A stretch of DNA of 64,000 bases from a virus. The translations under genes and the position numbers were made by a program. Each line of letters starts with the position of its first letter. Position 1 is the first letter of the stretch. Below the pieces are notes generated by a model. That model did not search any database, was not told the origin of the DNA, and saw nothing but the letters and a program-made list of their open reading frames with translations. This document shows, in pieces, positions 48,512 through 58,788 of this stretch. The DNA is taken from positions 32,001-96,000 of IMG/VR virus record IMGVR_UViG_3300009081_000009. The stretch is one strand, 5' to 3'.

Positions 48512-50698
48512 ATGGCAATCGAAGATAAAGATATAAATGAGTTAAAAAAAGAGTTAGAAACTCTAGCTAAAAACGTATCATCTATAGGTGATTCGGTTCG
48601 TGTTGGTGTTCGGGAAGGGATTAAAGATGGAAATAGTGATTTAGCTAAAAAAACTCGTACAGAAAATGATGCTGATTTGGCTGAAAAAGCCCAATCACGT
48701 ATTATATTACGTCAAAAAGAAGATTTTGAAAAAACACGTGAAATGCAGAAATCATCTGTAAAAACACCAGAACAGATAACACAAGAAAAAGCAGCAAATG
48801 CTCAATTTAAAACTAATGAATATTTAGATCAATTAACAAAATTAATTAAAGATAACAATGAGACCTTAAATAAACCATCCAAATCAACTAAATCAACTGG
48901 TGATTCTATTGGTGATAGTGATAGAAAAAAGAAATCAGGCTCGGATTCATATATAACAAGTAGCGGAATGAAAGGTGAAGATCTAGTTGGAAAACTATTT
49001 AAAGGAATATCGGGAACATTCGAAGGAATTAAAGAAATTCCGGGTAATATGAAACGAAAAGCAGAGGGTGCTGCTGATTGGATTCATGGTATTGGTAGTG
49101 GCGAAGGCATAAAATCAAAAATATCCGGTGGTGTTGATTGGGTTAAAGATGTTACTGGTGGTCGTCAAGATAGTGCAGATAGACAAAAACAATTAGAAAT
49201 TACTAAGAACGAAATTAATAAAGAAAAAATGTTGTTATCAGCCGAAGAAGCTGAATTAGATAAATTAAAAAAACAACGTGGTAAGAACAGAGATAAAAAG
49301 GCTATTGAAGAATTAGATAACGCAATAGAAGAACGAAAATCTACGATAGCTGAGAAGGCAAAGGTATTAGGATCTTTAACATCGGAAGAGTATTTATATC
49401 AGAAAGGAAAACAAGATAAAAATTATAAATTAAAAGGACGTGAAAGGGATCTTGTTCTAAATCAGATGCGTGATAATGTTACTTCTAGCGTTACATCAGA
49501 TTTAGAAACTCCTAAAACAACGTCTACGCGAGGTGGTACTGGATCAGGTACTGGTATTGGTGGTATTGGATCTGAATCAATTATTTCTGGCTTAAATAAA
49601 TTAGAAAAATCCTTGAATGCTATTGAGAAAAATACAAAAACCAATACCCAAACAACTACATTAAATGCGTTGAGTAAAAGTCTTGCATCGCAACAATCCT
49701 TATTATCTCAATTAGATAAATCGGTTACTGCAATAGAATCTAAATCATCAGGTAAATTAAATGCTGATACTAAATTATCAAAGACTCCAACTCCTACTAC
49801 TTTTGGTGAATATGTAAGTGGTATATATAATGAATTGAAAAAATCAAATGAATTGAATGGTACTAAATCAAAATTAGCTGGTGTTGCTAGTGAGGCTGAT
49901 GAGGGTGGTGGTATTATGGGAATCATGGGTAAAATCCTCCCTGCGTTGGGTGGATTAGCTCCTATGATGGGATCTATAGCTGCTGCATTACCTGCAATTG
50001 CTGTGGCTGCTGGTGGTGCGTATTTATTAAAGAAAACCTATGATATGACTGAGCAAAGTACTGAAGGTACTACTGTGGGTGATGTGGGTGCTGGTATTGG
50101 AGGATTCGTATCTGGTAAAGGATTTAGTAAATCATTAGAAGATCGACAGGTTGATCGAGTAACTGCTATTCATAAAAAGGAAGGTGATAAAACTGTAGTT
50201 GAAGGTGCAAAAACACTATTCGATAGAGATCAAGCTCCTATTTTCGCACCATATAAGAAATATATGAGTGATGATGATTTGGCTGGATTAAAAGATAAAT
50301 ATATTGATTATAGAGTCGGTAATTCTACATATATACAATATAAAATTGATAGAAATAAATTATTGAAGCAAGCAAAGGAACAACAAGCTGGTGAAACGTC
50401 AGTTGATAGTGAATTCGCACAATTAACAGGTAAGTCAGCAAGTACTCCAACATCAAACAATCCAAGTACATCAGATAAGGGACAAGGCAGTCAACCAAAA
50501 GTTAATACACAAACATCAATGTCATCAATGGGTAGTTCCTCTGGTATGGATCAGTTAACTGCAATGACCATACAAGCAAAATTAATAGCAACCGAAATGC
50601 TTAACATGCAGAAAAACCCTGATTACATTAATCAACAGAAGGCATATATGAAAGAAAATGGTAAGCAGTTTGCTACATCTTTAGTGGGGAATGACTAA
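48512..50698 (+). CDS. tape measure/baseplate hub-like protein
   Basis: Coiled-coil, G-rich segments and a hydrophobic GGLAPMMGSIAAALPAIAVAAGGAY stretch; first gene of the baseplate operon. Confidence 0.6.
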   Translation: MAIEDKDINELKKELETLAKNVSSIGDSVRVGVREGIKDGNSDLAKKTRTENDADLAEKAQSRIILRQKEDFEKTREMQKSSVKTPEQITQEKAANAQFKTNEYLDQLTKLIKDNNETLNKPSKSTKSTGDSIGDSDRKKKSGSDSYITSSGMKGEDLVGKLFKGISGTFEGIKEIPGNMKRKAEGAADWIHGIGSGEGIKSKISGGVDWVKDVTGGRQDSADRQKQLEITKNEINKEKMLLSAEEAELDKLKKQRGKNRDKKAIEELDNAIEERKSTIAEKAKVLGSLTSEEYLYQKGKQDKNYKLKGRERDLVLNQMRDNVTSSVTSDLETPKTTSTRGGTGSGTGIGGIGSESIISGLNKLEKSLNAIEKNTKTNTQTTTLNALSKSLASQQSLLSQLDKSVTAIESKSSGKLNADTKLSKTPTPTTFGEYVSGIYNELKKSNELNGTKSKLAGVASEADEGGGIMGIMGKILPALGGLAPMMGSIAAALPAIAVAAGGAYLLKKTYDMTEQSTEGTTVGDVGAGIGGFVSGKGFSKSLEDRQVDRVTAIHKKEGDKTVVEGAKTLFDRDQAPIFAPYKKYMSDDDLAGLKDKYIDYRVGNSTYIQYKIDRNKLLKQAKEQQAGETSVDSEFAQLTGKSASTPTSNNPSTSDKGQGSQPKVNTQTSMSSMGSSSGMDQLTAMTIQAKLIATEMLNMQKNPDYINQQKAYMKENGKQFATSLVGND

Positions 50699-51747
50699 TG
50701 GCTGAGAAAGAAACAACAGTAGATCCATCAAGAAATCTTAAAGTTAGAGGATTATCAGATAATATTCCTAGACCTAATATAGTTCGTATAGAAACTTTAG
50801 ATGGTGCTGCTAGAAGTCGATACTTGACAGGTATATATACAGGAACAAATCAATTGAGAGATAAAATATATCAAAGCGTAGCTCCTGATGCAGAAAAAAA
50901 ATTTTATGGATTCTTATCACCAAATGCAGATTTTTCGTTTAACATGACTGGATCATGGGAAGGATCAGCACTCGGTGGCATGGCTATAGGAGGCATTAAA
51001 AAAGTAGCTGATATCGTTGGTGCTGGTAAGGCAGTTAGTTCAATATTTGATGCAGGACAGACAGCTTATGAGATAGCCAGTTCATTAACACAAATGAATT
51101 CTACTTCAACTGGTAGTTCTACCATGCAAGATTTCAAAAATGTAACTTTAGATCAATTTGCGGTTTCCTGTGTTTGGTATATCCCAGAACAAGAAAAAAT
51201 TGCACAGACATCATTGAGAATTATATATAGAATGTTATATCCACGTCAATTGAATGCGGATTCGGCTGCTGATATGCTTGGTCAAGCGACTGCTAATGTA
51301 ATAAATGCTGCTGGTGAAGCAGCCGTTACAGCAGCCTCAAAATTAACTGCATCTGATAGTGAACAACTTAAAAGTAATGTAAGTAAACCAGCATCTCCTG
51401 AAGGTGGTGGTGTATTGTCTGGAGCTATATCTACCGTAGCCGATGTATCTGGTTCTATGGTAAGTGGTGGTGTACAGGCTATCAATGCTGTAGGCACGTT
51501 CTTTGGGTATAATACAACCATGAATCCATTACCTGTTCGTGTATCTATAGGTCAGTATATAGATGTCGAACCACTTGTAATAACAGGAATAGAAACTAAA
51601 TTTTCTAGAGAAACTTTTATATCTGAAAATACAGGAAGACATCTTCCACTATTCGCATACACAACCATTCACTTTAAATACTGGCTTAACCCAGCACCTA
51701 ATTTGCAATTTGCAAATATATTAGGTACAGAATTGTTTGGAACTTAA
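50698..51747 (+). CDS. baseplate/tail-tube initiator-like protein (gp48/gp54-like)
   Basis: Context; PLPVRVSIGQY...VITGIETKFS pattern. Confidence 0.5.
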   Translation: MAEKETTVDPSRNLKVRGLSDNIPRPNIVRIETLDGAARSRYLTGIYTGTNQLRDKIYQSVAPDAEKKFYGFLSPNADFSFNMTGSWEGSALGGMAIGGIKKVADIVGAGKAVSSIFDAGQTAYEIASSLTQMNSTSTGSSTMQDFKNVTLDQFAVSCVWYIPEQEKIAQTSLRIIYRMLYPRQLNADSAADMLGQATANVINAAGEAAVTAASKLTASDSEQLKSNVSKPASPEGGGVLSGAISTVADVSGSMVSGGVQAINAVGTFFGYNTTMNPLPVRVSIGQYIDVEPLVITGIETKFSRETFISENTGRHLPLFAYTTIHFKYWLNPAPNLQFANILGTELFGT

Positions 51748-51762
51748 ACTTAGGTATAATTT

Positions 51763-52185
51763 ATGGCATTTCCGAGAATAAAAAAATTTAATTTTAATAT
51801 AACAAGTACTTACGAAGTTCCTAGTTATTTTGTTGGTAGATTGGATTTAATTGCAGTCGAATTATTTGATAATGTTCGCATGTATAAATCAATCGCTGCT
51901 GCAAATAATATAAAACTTGCACATGGTACTAGAACTGGTATAAGACCTCAAACCATTTCAATCCGAAATGAATTGATTATGCGCGGATTTACTGGCACTA
52001 ATCTTGAAGCTGAATATCAGAGATTAATAGATGAATCAAGATCAACTAATTTGGATTGGATGGCATATGAAAATACAGGATATGGATACATGAGTGAAGT
52101 ATATGAAGGTAGATTATTACTTATCCCAGATTTTGCTACGGCTGATTTGTACCTAAATAAATATGAATTTTTAACAGAAGAATAA
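51763..52185 (+). CDS. gp53-like LysM baseplate wedge protein
   Basis: GRLDLIAVELF...IAAANNI...GRLLLIP. Confidence 0.7.
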   Translation: MAFPRIKKFNFNITSTYEVPSYFVGRLDLIAVELFDNVRMYKSIAAANNIKLAHGTRTGIRPQTISIRNELIMRGFTGTNLEAEYQRLIDESRSTNLDWMAYENTGYGYMSEVYEGRLLLIPDFATADLYLNKYEFLTEE

Positions 52186-52188
52186 CAC

Positions 52189-53493
52189 ATGTCAACTAAG
52201 TCAACCGGATTAAATGTAACATTTGCAATTGAATTACAGGGAGCTGTTTTCAATAATGCTACTATTGTTGCGTTTGCATATAATAATTCAATTAATCAAA
52301 AACCATCAGGTGAATTCATATTAGTTGATTCTAATAGTGATACATTAATTGAGCGATCTGGTGATTTTGGTTCTATAATATTTAGCAATGTAACTGATAC
52401 GACAACTGATAAAACCACTATATTACCATTTATTGTAGATGACATGATGCGAATAAATGTATCTAACTCAAACTCTACTTATAAAATAACATGGAGTGCA
52501 GGTACTAAAGAGACTATGGTATTAAATACACGAGCCGTTAAAGGGAGTAGTATTGATGCTATGGTAGATATCGCAAAATTCTTTAAGTATAAATTAGTTG
52601 AACGAATGAGTGACGTTAAATACGATAAACCAAGTGATTCGATGATATGGCGATATGTATCAGATGATATGTGGGATTCGTTTGAGAGAACAATTAATAG
52701 ATCGTATTTGTATAATGATTATTTATATTGGGCATTTGATGATGTGAATAATTGTGTTAAATTATCTTCATTTAAATTTGAAGATGCCATGGAAGATAAA
52801 AATTTATTTATATATTCAGATAATGCGAAATCATCATCTGATACCGTAAAGACATATGTAGATAAACCTAAACTTACTATATGGTCATATGGTGATAGTT
52901 CAAGACAAAATAATATAGGATCTAATAAAGATAAATTATTTCCAAATGTCGCATTTAGTGGTGTTAATAATGGTGAAATGAATCAGGCTGGATGCCAAGG
53001 GCCATGTTTTAATAGCGTATTAAAATCAACTGGTGATAACTCACAAGATATGATAATGAAAAATACCGGATTAACTGGTAAAAATGATGTATTTGGAAAA
53101 TTGGAAGTTGTTCGAAATTACCCAAATAATACTCATAAAATGTATTCACTTGCGCCTACTATACGAAAATACAAGTTAGCTACTTATGGAAAGGCATTAT
53201 ATATACAATTATATAATACATTAGGGCCAGAAATTGGAAGTAAGGTCTCCGTGGTATATTTTGGTGCGGATAGAAAAGTGCGTGGTATGAATGTTGATGC
53301 AACCTATACAGATAGATATATAATAACTGAGAAGCGAGTTAAATATACCACAGTAACCGGAAATATGAGAGGAAATACAGTTGCGAAGGATAGTACCGAA
53401 GTTTCTGTGATGTTAAAATTAGTATCAGACCATTTAGGTACTGAAGGTTTTGATGATGTATCTAAAATATTAGATCAGATTAAGGATAAATAA
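52189..53493 (+). CDS. gp27-like baseplate hub protein
   Basis: Position between gp53-like and gp5-like genes; SGEFILVD, GSKVSV...DRYIIT. Confidence 0.55.
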   Translation: MSTKSTGLNVTFAIELQGAVFNNATIVAFAYNNSINQKPSGEFILVDSNSDTLIERSGDFGSIIFSNVTDTTTDKTTILPFIVDDMMRINVSNSNSTYKITWSAGTKETMVLNTRAVKGSSIDAMVDIAKFFKYKLVERMSDVKYDKPSDSMIWRYVSDDMWDSFERTINRSYLYNDYLYWAFDDVNNCVKLSSFKFEDAMEDKNLFIYSDNAKSSSDTVKTYVDKPKLTIWSYGDSSRQNNIGSNKDKLFPNVAFSGVNNGEMNQAGCQGPCFNSVLKSTGDNSQDMIMKNTGLTGKNDVFGKLEVVRNYPNNTHKMYSLAPTIRKYKLATYGKALYIQLYNTLGPEIGSKVSVVYFGADRKVRGMNVDATYTDRYIITEKRVKYTTVTGNMRGNTVAKDSTEVSVMLKLVSDHLGTEGFDDVSKILDQIKDK

Positions 53494-54725
53494 TGACACT
53501 ATTAACTGATAAATATTATGAAGCTGTTGTTATAACAGATGAAATTGACCCGAATCATGCTGGTGCTGTTCGTGTACATGTTCTTGGTGTTACTGATAAA
53601 TTAGAACCTGATAATCAACCATTTGTAGTACCTTCTATAAATGGAATGCAAGCAGTTCCCACCAAAGGAACCCTGCTTTACGTTGTATTTGATGAGGGTG
53701 ATATAAATATGGGTAGATATTTCTTTGTAGCACAAGACAAAAATTATTTACCGAGTGAGTATGTAACAGATTATCCGAATGTAGCTGTAACTAATTTGGG
53801 TGATGATACATTTTTATTAACTCATAATAGAAGAACTAGAACAAGTATAATCACACATCCAAGTGATAGTAGCGTTACGTGGAATAATTTTGGTGCTATT
53901 ATACATGATAGCGATAAAGGATATACCAATGCTGGTTATGGAGCACTTAATAATCAAGGAAGTAAAATACAATCAGTCTTAACTGAAGGTACTGTGGATG
54001 TATTTTGTTGTACAGCTATCGGTAACAATATTGCTAATGGTGGTGCTCATCAAGGATCTGAATATTTATATGCTACTCATATATCTAAAGCAACTGTTGA
54101 TGCCATAAATGGTAAAGTTGTTTCTGACGATGAAAACAGTGAGGGTAATCCAGCACTTGAAGATGGTAGCAGTGAATTGGTTATTAATTCTATATACGAT
54201 GCGACTGGAAATGAAGTAGCAACAGTTGAATATTATCCAACTGAATCATATATCGAACGAAAGGATAAAGATATATCACATATAATTGTAGCGAACACTG
54301 GTAATAACAATTTCGTTGATGCTGCATCTAAAGTTGTCGAGAAGAATAGTAATTATGGGTGTCATTATTTGATAGGTCGAAGTAATGGAACTCCACCAGT
54401 TGACTCTGAACGCGAAGGTGATTCGACATCACGTGCATCTGGATTCATGCAATTTGTTGAGACTACAAACGATGTTTATTTTGGAAGTAATGCTAAACTA
54501 TTACCATCAACTGATGCAGCTAATAAGAATGCGGTTGTTATCATGTTAGTGGGTGATGGTACATCATATACCCAATACCAATATGATATGCTAAATAAAT
54601 TGATCGCCCATGTAAAATATGTAGCTGGTGATACAGGGGTTAAATTTTTCGTTACGGATAATATGGTAGCAGTTCCAGCATATGAAACGATTGGAGCATT
54701 AGATCCATCGAAGGTTAATAAATAA
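53493..54725 (+). CDS. gp5-like spike (OB fold) fused to a degenerate Amidase_2/PGRP-like domain
   Basis: IDPNHAGAVRVHVLG, VPTKGTLLYVVFDEGD; C-terminal ISHIIVANT, CHYLIGR, NKNAVVIMLVG, TQYQYDMLNKLI. Confidence 0.75.
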   Translation: MTLLTDKYYEAVVITDEIDPNHAGAVRVHVLGVTDKLEPDNQPFVVPSINGMQAVPTKGTLLYVVFDEGDINMGRYFFVAQDKNYLPSEYVTDYPNVAVTNLGDDTFLLTHNRRTRTSIITHPSDSSVTWNNFGAIIHDSDKGYTNAGYGALNNQGSKIQSVLTEGTVDVFCCTAIGNNIANGGAHQGSEYLYATHISKATVDAINGKVVSDDENSEGNPALEDGSSELVINSIYDATGNEVATVEYYPTESYIERKDKDISHIIVANTGNNNFVDAASKVVEKNSNYGCHYLIGRSNGTPPVDSEREGDSTSRASGFMQFVETTNDVYFGSNAKLLPSTDAANKNAVVIMLVGDGTSYTQYQYDMLNKLIAHVKYVAGDTGVKFFVTDNMVAVPAYETIGALDPSKVNK

Positions 54726-54727
54726 TT

Positions 54728-56554
54728 ATGGCTAAATGTATTAAAGATATTATAGATAACAATGTTGCTAGTGGTGGTATTGGAAATGCTTCCAGTGCAT
54801 CATCGACAACAGCATATCCAAGTGGGTATGGAACATATATAAATGCTCCAATCTCATCTAATGGAGATATAAAATACGCTGATAATTTTGTTGACGCTCT
54901 AAGTAGTGCTACGATGAAACTTAGAAATACCGACTGTACTCAAACTGTATTAGATTTCTTTTCTAATCAATTTCCTGCTGCATCTAGCATGGCAAAAAAA
55001 TCATATGATTGGGTTTCTGATAATGCAAATTTACAAAGTGGAATGTCTGCATTAGGTAATAAATTAAAAGGTGGTAGTCTAGAAAAAATGACAGATCAGT
55101 TCTGTGATACAGTGACAACATTATCCAGAACTCTTATATTTTATCTAGACACAGCTACTAAAGCAGCATTTGTATTATTTAAGAAAATCGATGCATTAAA
55201 ACGAAAAATAGAAAAGGCTTTGCTTGAATTTACCGATGCAGTTAGAAACTGTATTGTTAGTGTTATAGTAGATGCAAAAAATGCAATTAATCGAGTAGTT
55301 CGAAAGGTTTTGGATTTTGATATAGTCCTTGATTTAATGAGACATTGCCCTTGTATAACAAAAATAATAGCTAGTTTATTTAATTGTAAACGAGATTCCG
55401 ATGGTAATAAATTAACAACTCCAGAAGAGGTATTAAACTGCGTCCTTGAAAAGTATACATTAGATCCAACTCAAATCATAAATGCAATTAATAATTTTAT
55501 TGATAATACAATATTAAGTACTATAAATAAAGGCTTTAATATGTTGGATGAATTCATAAAAACTACTATGGAATTATTGATGGCTCCTTTTAGAGCATTA
55601 ATTCGATTGTATGCTAAATTATTAAATACGAAAATAAATATGACGTTTATTATTCGTGGATTAGGCCCAGCGGAATGCTTACTTATATATACAAAGGAGC
55701 ACACTAAATCAGGTGGTTCTTATCTTGGTATGAGTATAATAGATATGGTAAACACATTAAAATCATGGGCTAATTGCTTTGAGTTTGCGTGTCAATCATT
55801 CACGGAAGATATGGCAACTAAAATAAAGGAATTAAATGAAAATCTTAGATTAGATGATAAATACTGGCGTGATGTTATGTCAATTGATTTATACCAATCG
55901 GCTATTGGCGCAAAGGTGCAATCAAATCAGCCTAGACCTGCTATGATTCGAGAAATATTTACAAAGAATCAAGGTAAAGGAAAAAACGTATTTATTGGTA
56001 TTATTGATTCCTTTAAGCAAGTTGGAAAAATAACAATAGATACAGGTCTATCAGATAAAACACTTGGAGAAACAGCAGAAGCCGTTAAATTTAAGGATGG
56101 GCCTGATAATGAAAGTGCTAATACTAATAATGGAATAAAAACATTAAATTCTACAGTCGAAAATAATTTAATGAGCATGGAATTAAATCTTGCTAGTGAT
56201 ACATCATCTTTTTATGTAGAAAAATTATTACAGCTAGTTGATTGGGAAGGAACATTCAAAAAAAGTGGTGCTCATAATACTCAAATTGATAAATTAATTG
56301 CAACCCAACAAACATTAACTCCTGATTACTCAACCATTCAAATATCAACTGCATATGTATCTAATAATGATCGAGTGTATTATGCAGGAGATGCTACGGA
56401 AACCATTTCTGATGTAAAGCCTACATACGAAATTACTGATGACTATAATAGTACGAGTATAAACAAAATAAATAACTATGAAACTCCGGTGAGAAATGAA
56501 TCCGAATCATTAACGGATTACTATAGACGCTGGTATAATGGAGCTATTGCATAA
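54728..56554 (+). CDS. hypothetical helical Cys-containing protein (baseplate operon)
   Basis: 608 aa ORF, co-transcribed. Confidence 0.75.
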   Translation: MAKCIKDIIDNNVASGGIGNASSASSTTAYPSGYGTYINAPISSNGDIKYADNFVDALSSATMKLRNTDCTQTVLDFFSNQFPAASSMAKKSYDWVSDNANLQSGMSALGNKLKGGSLEKMTDQFCDTVTTLSRTLIFYLDTATKAAFVLFKKIDALKRKIEKALLEFTDAVRNCIVSVIVDAKNAINRVVRKVLDFDIVLDLMRHCPCITKIIASLFNCKRDSDGNKLTTPEEVLNCVLEKYTLDPTQIINAINNFIDNTILSTINKGFNMLDEFIKTTMELLMAPFRALIRLYAKLLNTKINMTFIIRGLGPAECLLIYTKEHTKSGGSYLGMSIIDMVNTLKSWANCFEFACQSFTEDMATKIKELNENLRLDDKYWRDVMSIDLYQSAIGAKVQSNQPRPAMIREIFTKNQGKGKNVFIGIIDSFKQVGKITIDTGLSDKTLGETAEAVKFKDGPDNESANTNNGIKTLNSTVENNLMSMELNLASDTSSFYVEKLLQLVDWEGTFKKSGAHNTQIDKLIATQQTLTPDYSTIQISTAYVSNNDRVYYAGDATETISDVKPTYEITDDYNSTSINKINNYETPVRNESESLTDYYRRWYNGAIA

Positions 56555-57060
56555 TGGGAATAAATTACAAGACAGATACCAATAAAGGATATTATCAGAT
56601 ACTAAATAAAGAAAAATATTATCCTACTGGAAAGGTTCCTATATACAAGTCAGGATGGGAGCTACAAGTATTTCATGCACTTGATGTAAATCCTAATGTA
56701 TTATATTGGGGTTATGAGCCATTGGAAATATATTATTTTAGTCCACGATATTTAAAATATACCGTATATTACCCTGATATTCTATGTCATATCCGTATGG
56801 ATAGCGGAGTTGAGCAAAAACTATTATTGGAAATTAAACCAAATAAATTTGTGGTTATGCCAAAAGTTCCAACTAAACCGAAAGAAAATACTCCACAAAA
56901 ATGGGATAAATATCGAAAGGCGACTATTAATTATAATAATAATTTAAAGGATTATATGGTTAATATGGCTAAATGGGAAGCAGCGCAACAATGGTGTTTA
57001 AAGAACAATGTAATGTGGCGAATTCTAAGCGAAAAAAATACCAATACTTTATTTAAATAA
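56554..57060 (+). CDS. gp4: gp4-like head completion nuclease (TnsA-like PD-(D/E)XK)
   Basis: YKSGWE, NPNVLYWGYE, YYPD, LEIKP, NMAKWEAAQQWC. Confidence 0.9.
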   Translation: MGINYKTDTNKGYYQILNKEKYYPTGKVPIYKSGWELQVFHALDVNPNVLYWGYEPLEIYYFSPRYLKYTVYYPDILCHIRMDSGVEQKLLLEIKPNKFVVMPKVPTKPKENTPQKWDKYRKATINYNNNLKDYMVNMAKWEAAQQWCLKNNVMWRILSEKNTNTLFK

Positions 57061-57096
57061 TGTATAATTTATAGTAAGATTAAATTAAGGAATTAT

Positions 57097-57528
57097 ATGT
57101 CCTGCTGTAACCAAACTGCACAGTTGGATACTATCTATTTATCTTTACATAAGCGGTTACTTGAATTCGGAAATGAGATATATGGCGAACAGCTAATGGC
57201 TTCTCATCCAAGTACCTTCATGTGGATATTTACATTTTATTCAGATGCTGAATTATGTGAAGAATGCCAATTTTCATTCTCTGCGATGAATAAATGGTTT
57301 CATGATTATGGTTTATTTAATGATCCAATTAGAAATGTTAAATGGATTATTGAAGATGAACCAGAAAAGAATTTCATTTATAAAGAATTGGGGTTTTCAA
57401 AAACTCCAATGCACTTATTTTGTGATAAAGATGGAAAAATAATAGATATTATAATGGGATTTCCTACTCCAGAATGGTTAGAGAAACATATATTACCTTT
57501 AATACAAGCGGATATGAATATATTATGA
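57097..57528 (+). CDS. thioredoxin-like protein
   Basis: FYS...CEEC and KTPMHLF..DGK (cis-Pro loop). Confidence 0.75.
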   Translation: MSCCNQTAQLDTIYLSLHKRLLEFGNEIYGEQLMASHPSTFMWIFTFYSDAELCEECQFSFSAMNKWFHDYGLFNDPIRNVKWIIEDEPEKNFIYKELGFSKTPMHLFCDKDGKIIDIIMGFPTPEWLEKHILPLIQADMNIL

Positions 57529-58565
57529 ACAAAACCAAACCCAATGCCGTAGTTATCGGCTATACTTTAGATTCGGCTATATTAGCTCGTGAACTTGCTC
57601 AAAAAGGAAATAAGCAAGTTACTTATCTAAAGACTGGTAGATTAGGTTATCCACTGGATGACCTTAAAGACTACATTTCATATGAAGATGTGATTAATTT
57701 AAACACGTTGGGTGTCGATGTTGAATATAGAAAGCTAATCAATGGATCATATGTCTTTATGCCATATGATGCATTAAAGTTTGTAAATAATCGAAATGGT
57801 TTATTGAGTTATCCATTAAATAAGTCAAGTTTTGATTCAGCCGAAGAATGGGAGCAATTAGAATTTTGCCTTCATAAATTATCAGAATTTCGCGAAACAC
57901 TTGAAGACTCAACTAATTTCATCAATATTTATAAAAACTTCTTCCCTAAATGGTTATATGATAGCCTATTAAAGTATATGGGTATCAATAAATGGGGTAA
58001 AATAAGACAATCTCAGTTTAGTAGAGAAGCACTGGCTAAAGAAATTAATCTATCATATCTCGACTCAACCAATACAGGAACCGCATTCAAACCCGTAAAT
58101 GGATATGAAGATATATGTAATCGATTGCTGAATCATCCCAATATAAAAATTGGAAGTATTCAATTGGATGATATCAGAAAAATACTAATTAAACGACATG
58201 TAAATAGCGATATCATTGTATGCGATAATAGAATTGACTATATTTGCAACTACACATATGGTAATTTTGATAGAGTACAGTTTAGGTCAGAACCCGTAAT
58301 TGAGCGAAATTTAGAGGAATTTATTGATATCAGTGAAGGTGTGGTGATAACCCCCATGAAAGATTATTGGTGTATTTCAGCGGATAGAGGGGATATAACC
58401 AAGCTATATAGTACAGCAGTGCAAGATCTGAAATATACGAAGCAATCTGACATTCCAATGACGTTAGCCAACAAGAAAATGTATGCAGAATACAAGAAAA
58501 TGCTAACCCTATACTCAGGTAAGATACTAGATTTGGATAGTAGAGTGGTTACTATTATAAAGTAG
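57525..58565 (+). CDS. UDP-galactopyranose mutase (Glf)-like protein, degenerate FAD motif
   Basis: VIGYTLDSAILARELAQKG, LLSYPLN, KWG, PVNGYEDICNRLLNHPNIKI; ATG 57525 coupled to the thioredoxin stop. Confidence 0.65.
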   Translation: MNKTKPNAVVIGYTLDSAILARELAQKGNKQVTYLKTGRLGYPLDDLKDYISYEDVINLNTLGVDVEYRKLINGSYVFMPYDALKFVNNRNGLLSYPLNKSSFDSAEEWEQLEFCLHKLSEFRETLEDSTNFINIYKNFFPKWLYDSLLKYMGINKWGKIRQSQFSREALAKEINLSYLDSTNTGTAFKPVNGYEDICNRLLNHPNIKIGSIQLDDIRKILIKRHVNSDIIVCDNRIDYICNYTYGNFDRVQFRSEPVIERNLEEFIDISEGVVITPMKDYWCISADRGDITKLYSTAVQDLKYTKQSDIPMTLANKKMYAEYKKMLTLYSGKILDLDSRVVTIIK

Positions 58566-58578
58566 ACTATATTAGGCA

Positions 58579-58607
58579 TTGACAAATGAAACGTAATCAT
58601 CTATATT
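58579..58607 (+). promoter_or_regulatory. sigma70 promoter TTGACA-N17-TATATT
   Basis: -35 at 58579-58584, -10 at 58602-58607. Confidence 0.75.
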
Positions 58608-58635
58608 ATAGGTAGAGATAACCAAAGGAGTCGAT

Positions 58636-58788
58636 ATGCAGAACACTAACCAAACAAACGATACCGAAAGTCAATCAGCATTTTTGTCTATAGAGGAAGT
58701 CGCTGATTTTCACAAGTGGCAAGCGGATAAGTTGAATACTGGAAGCAAATACGAAATCATCCAAGATGGTAAATTACCGACCCCATGA
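58636..58788 (+). CDS. 50-aa hypothetical protein
   Basis: MQNTNQTNDTESQSAFLSIEEVADFHKWQADKLNTGSKYEIIQDGKLPTP; AAGGAG SD; ATGA overlap with the next gene. Confidence 0.65.
   Translation: MQNTNQTNDTESQSAFLSIEEVADFHKWQADKLNTGSKYEIIQDGKLPTP

Noticed and set aside
56554-57060. TnsA-like nuclease as evidence of a Tn7 element
   Set aside because: Motifs match T4 gp4 head-completion protein, and there are no tnsB/C genes or transposon ends.
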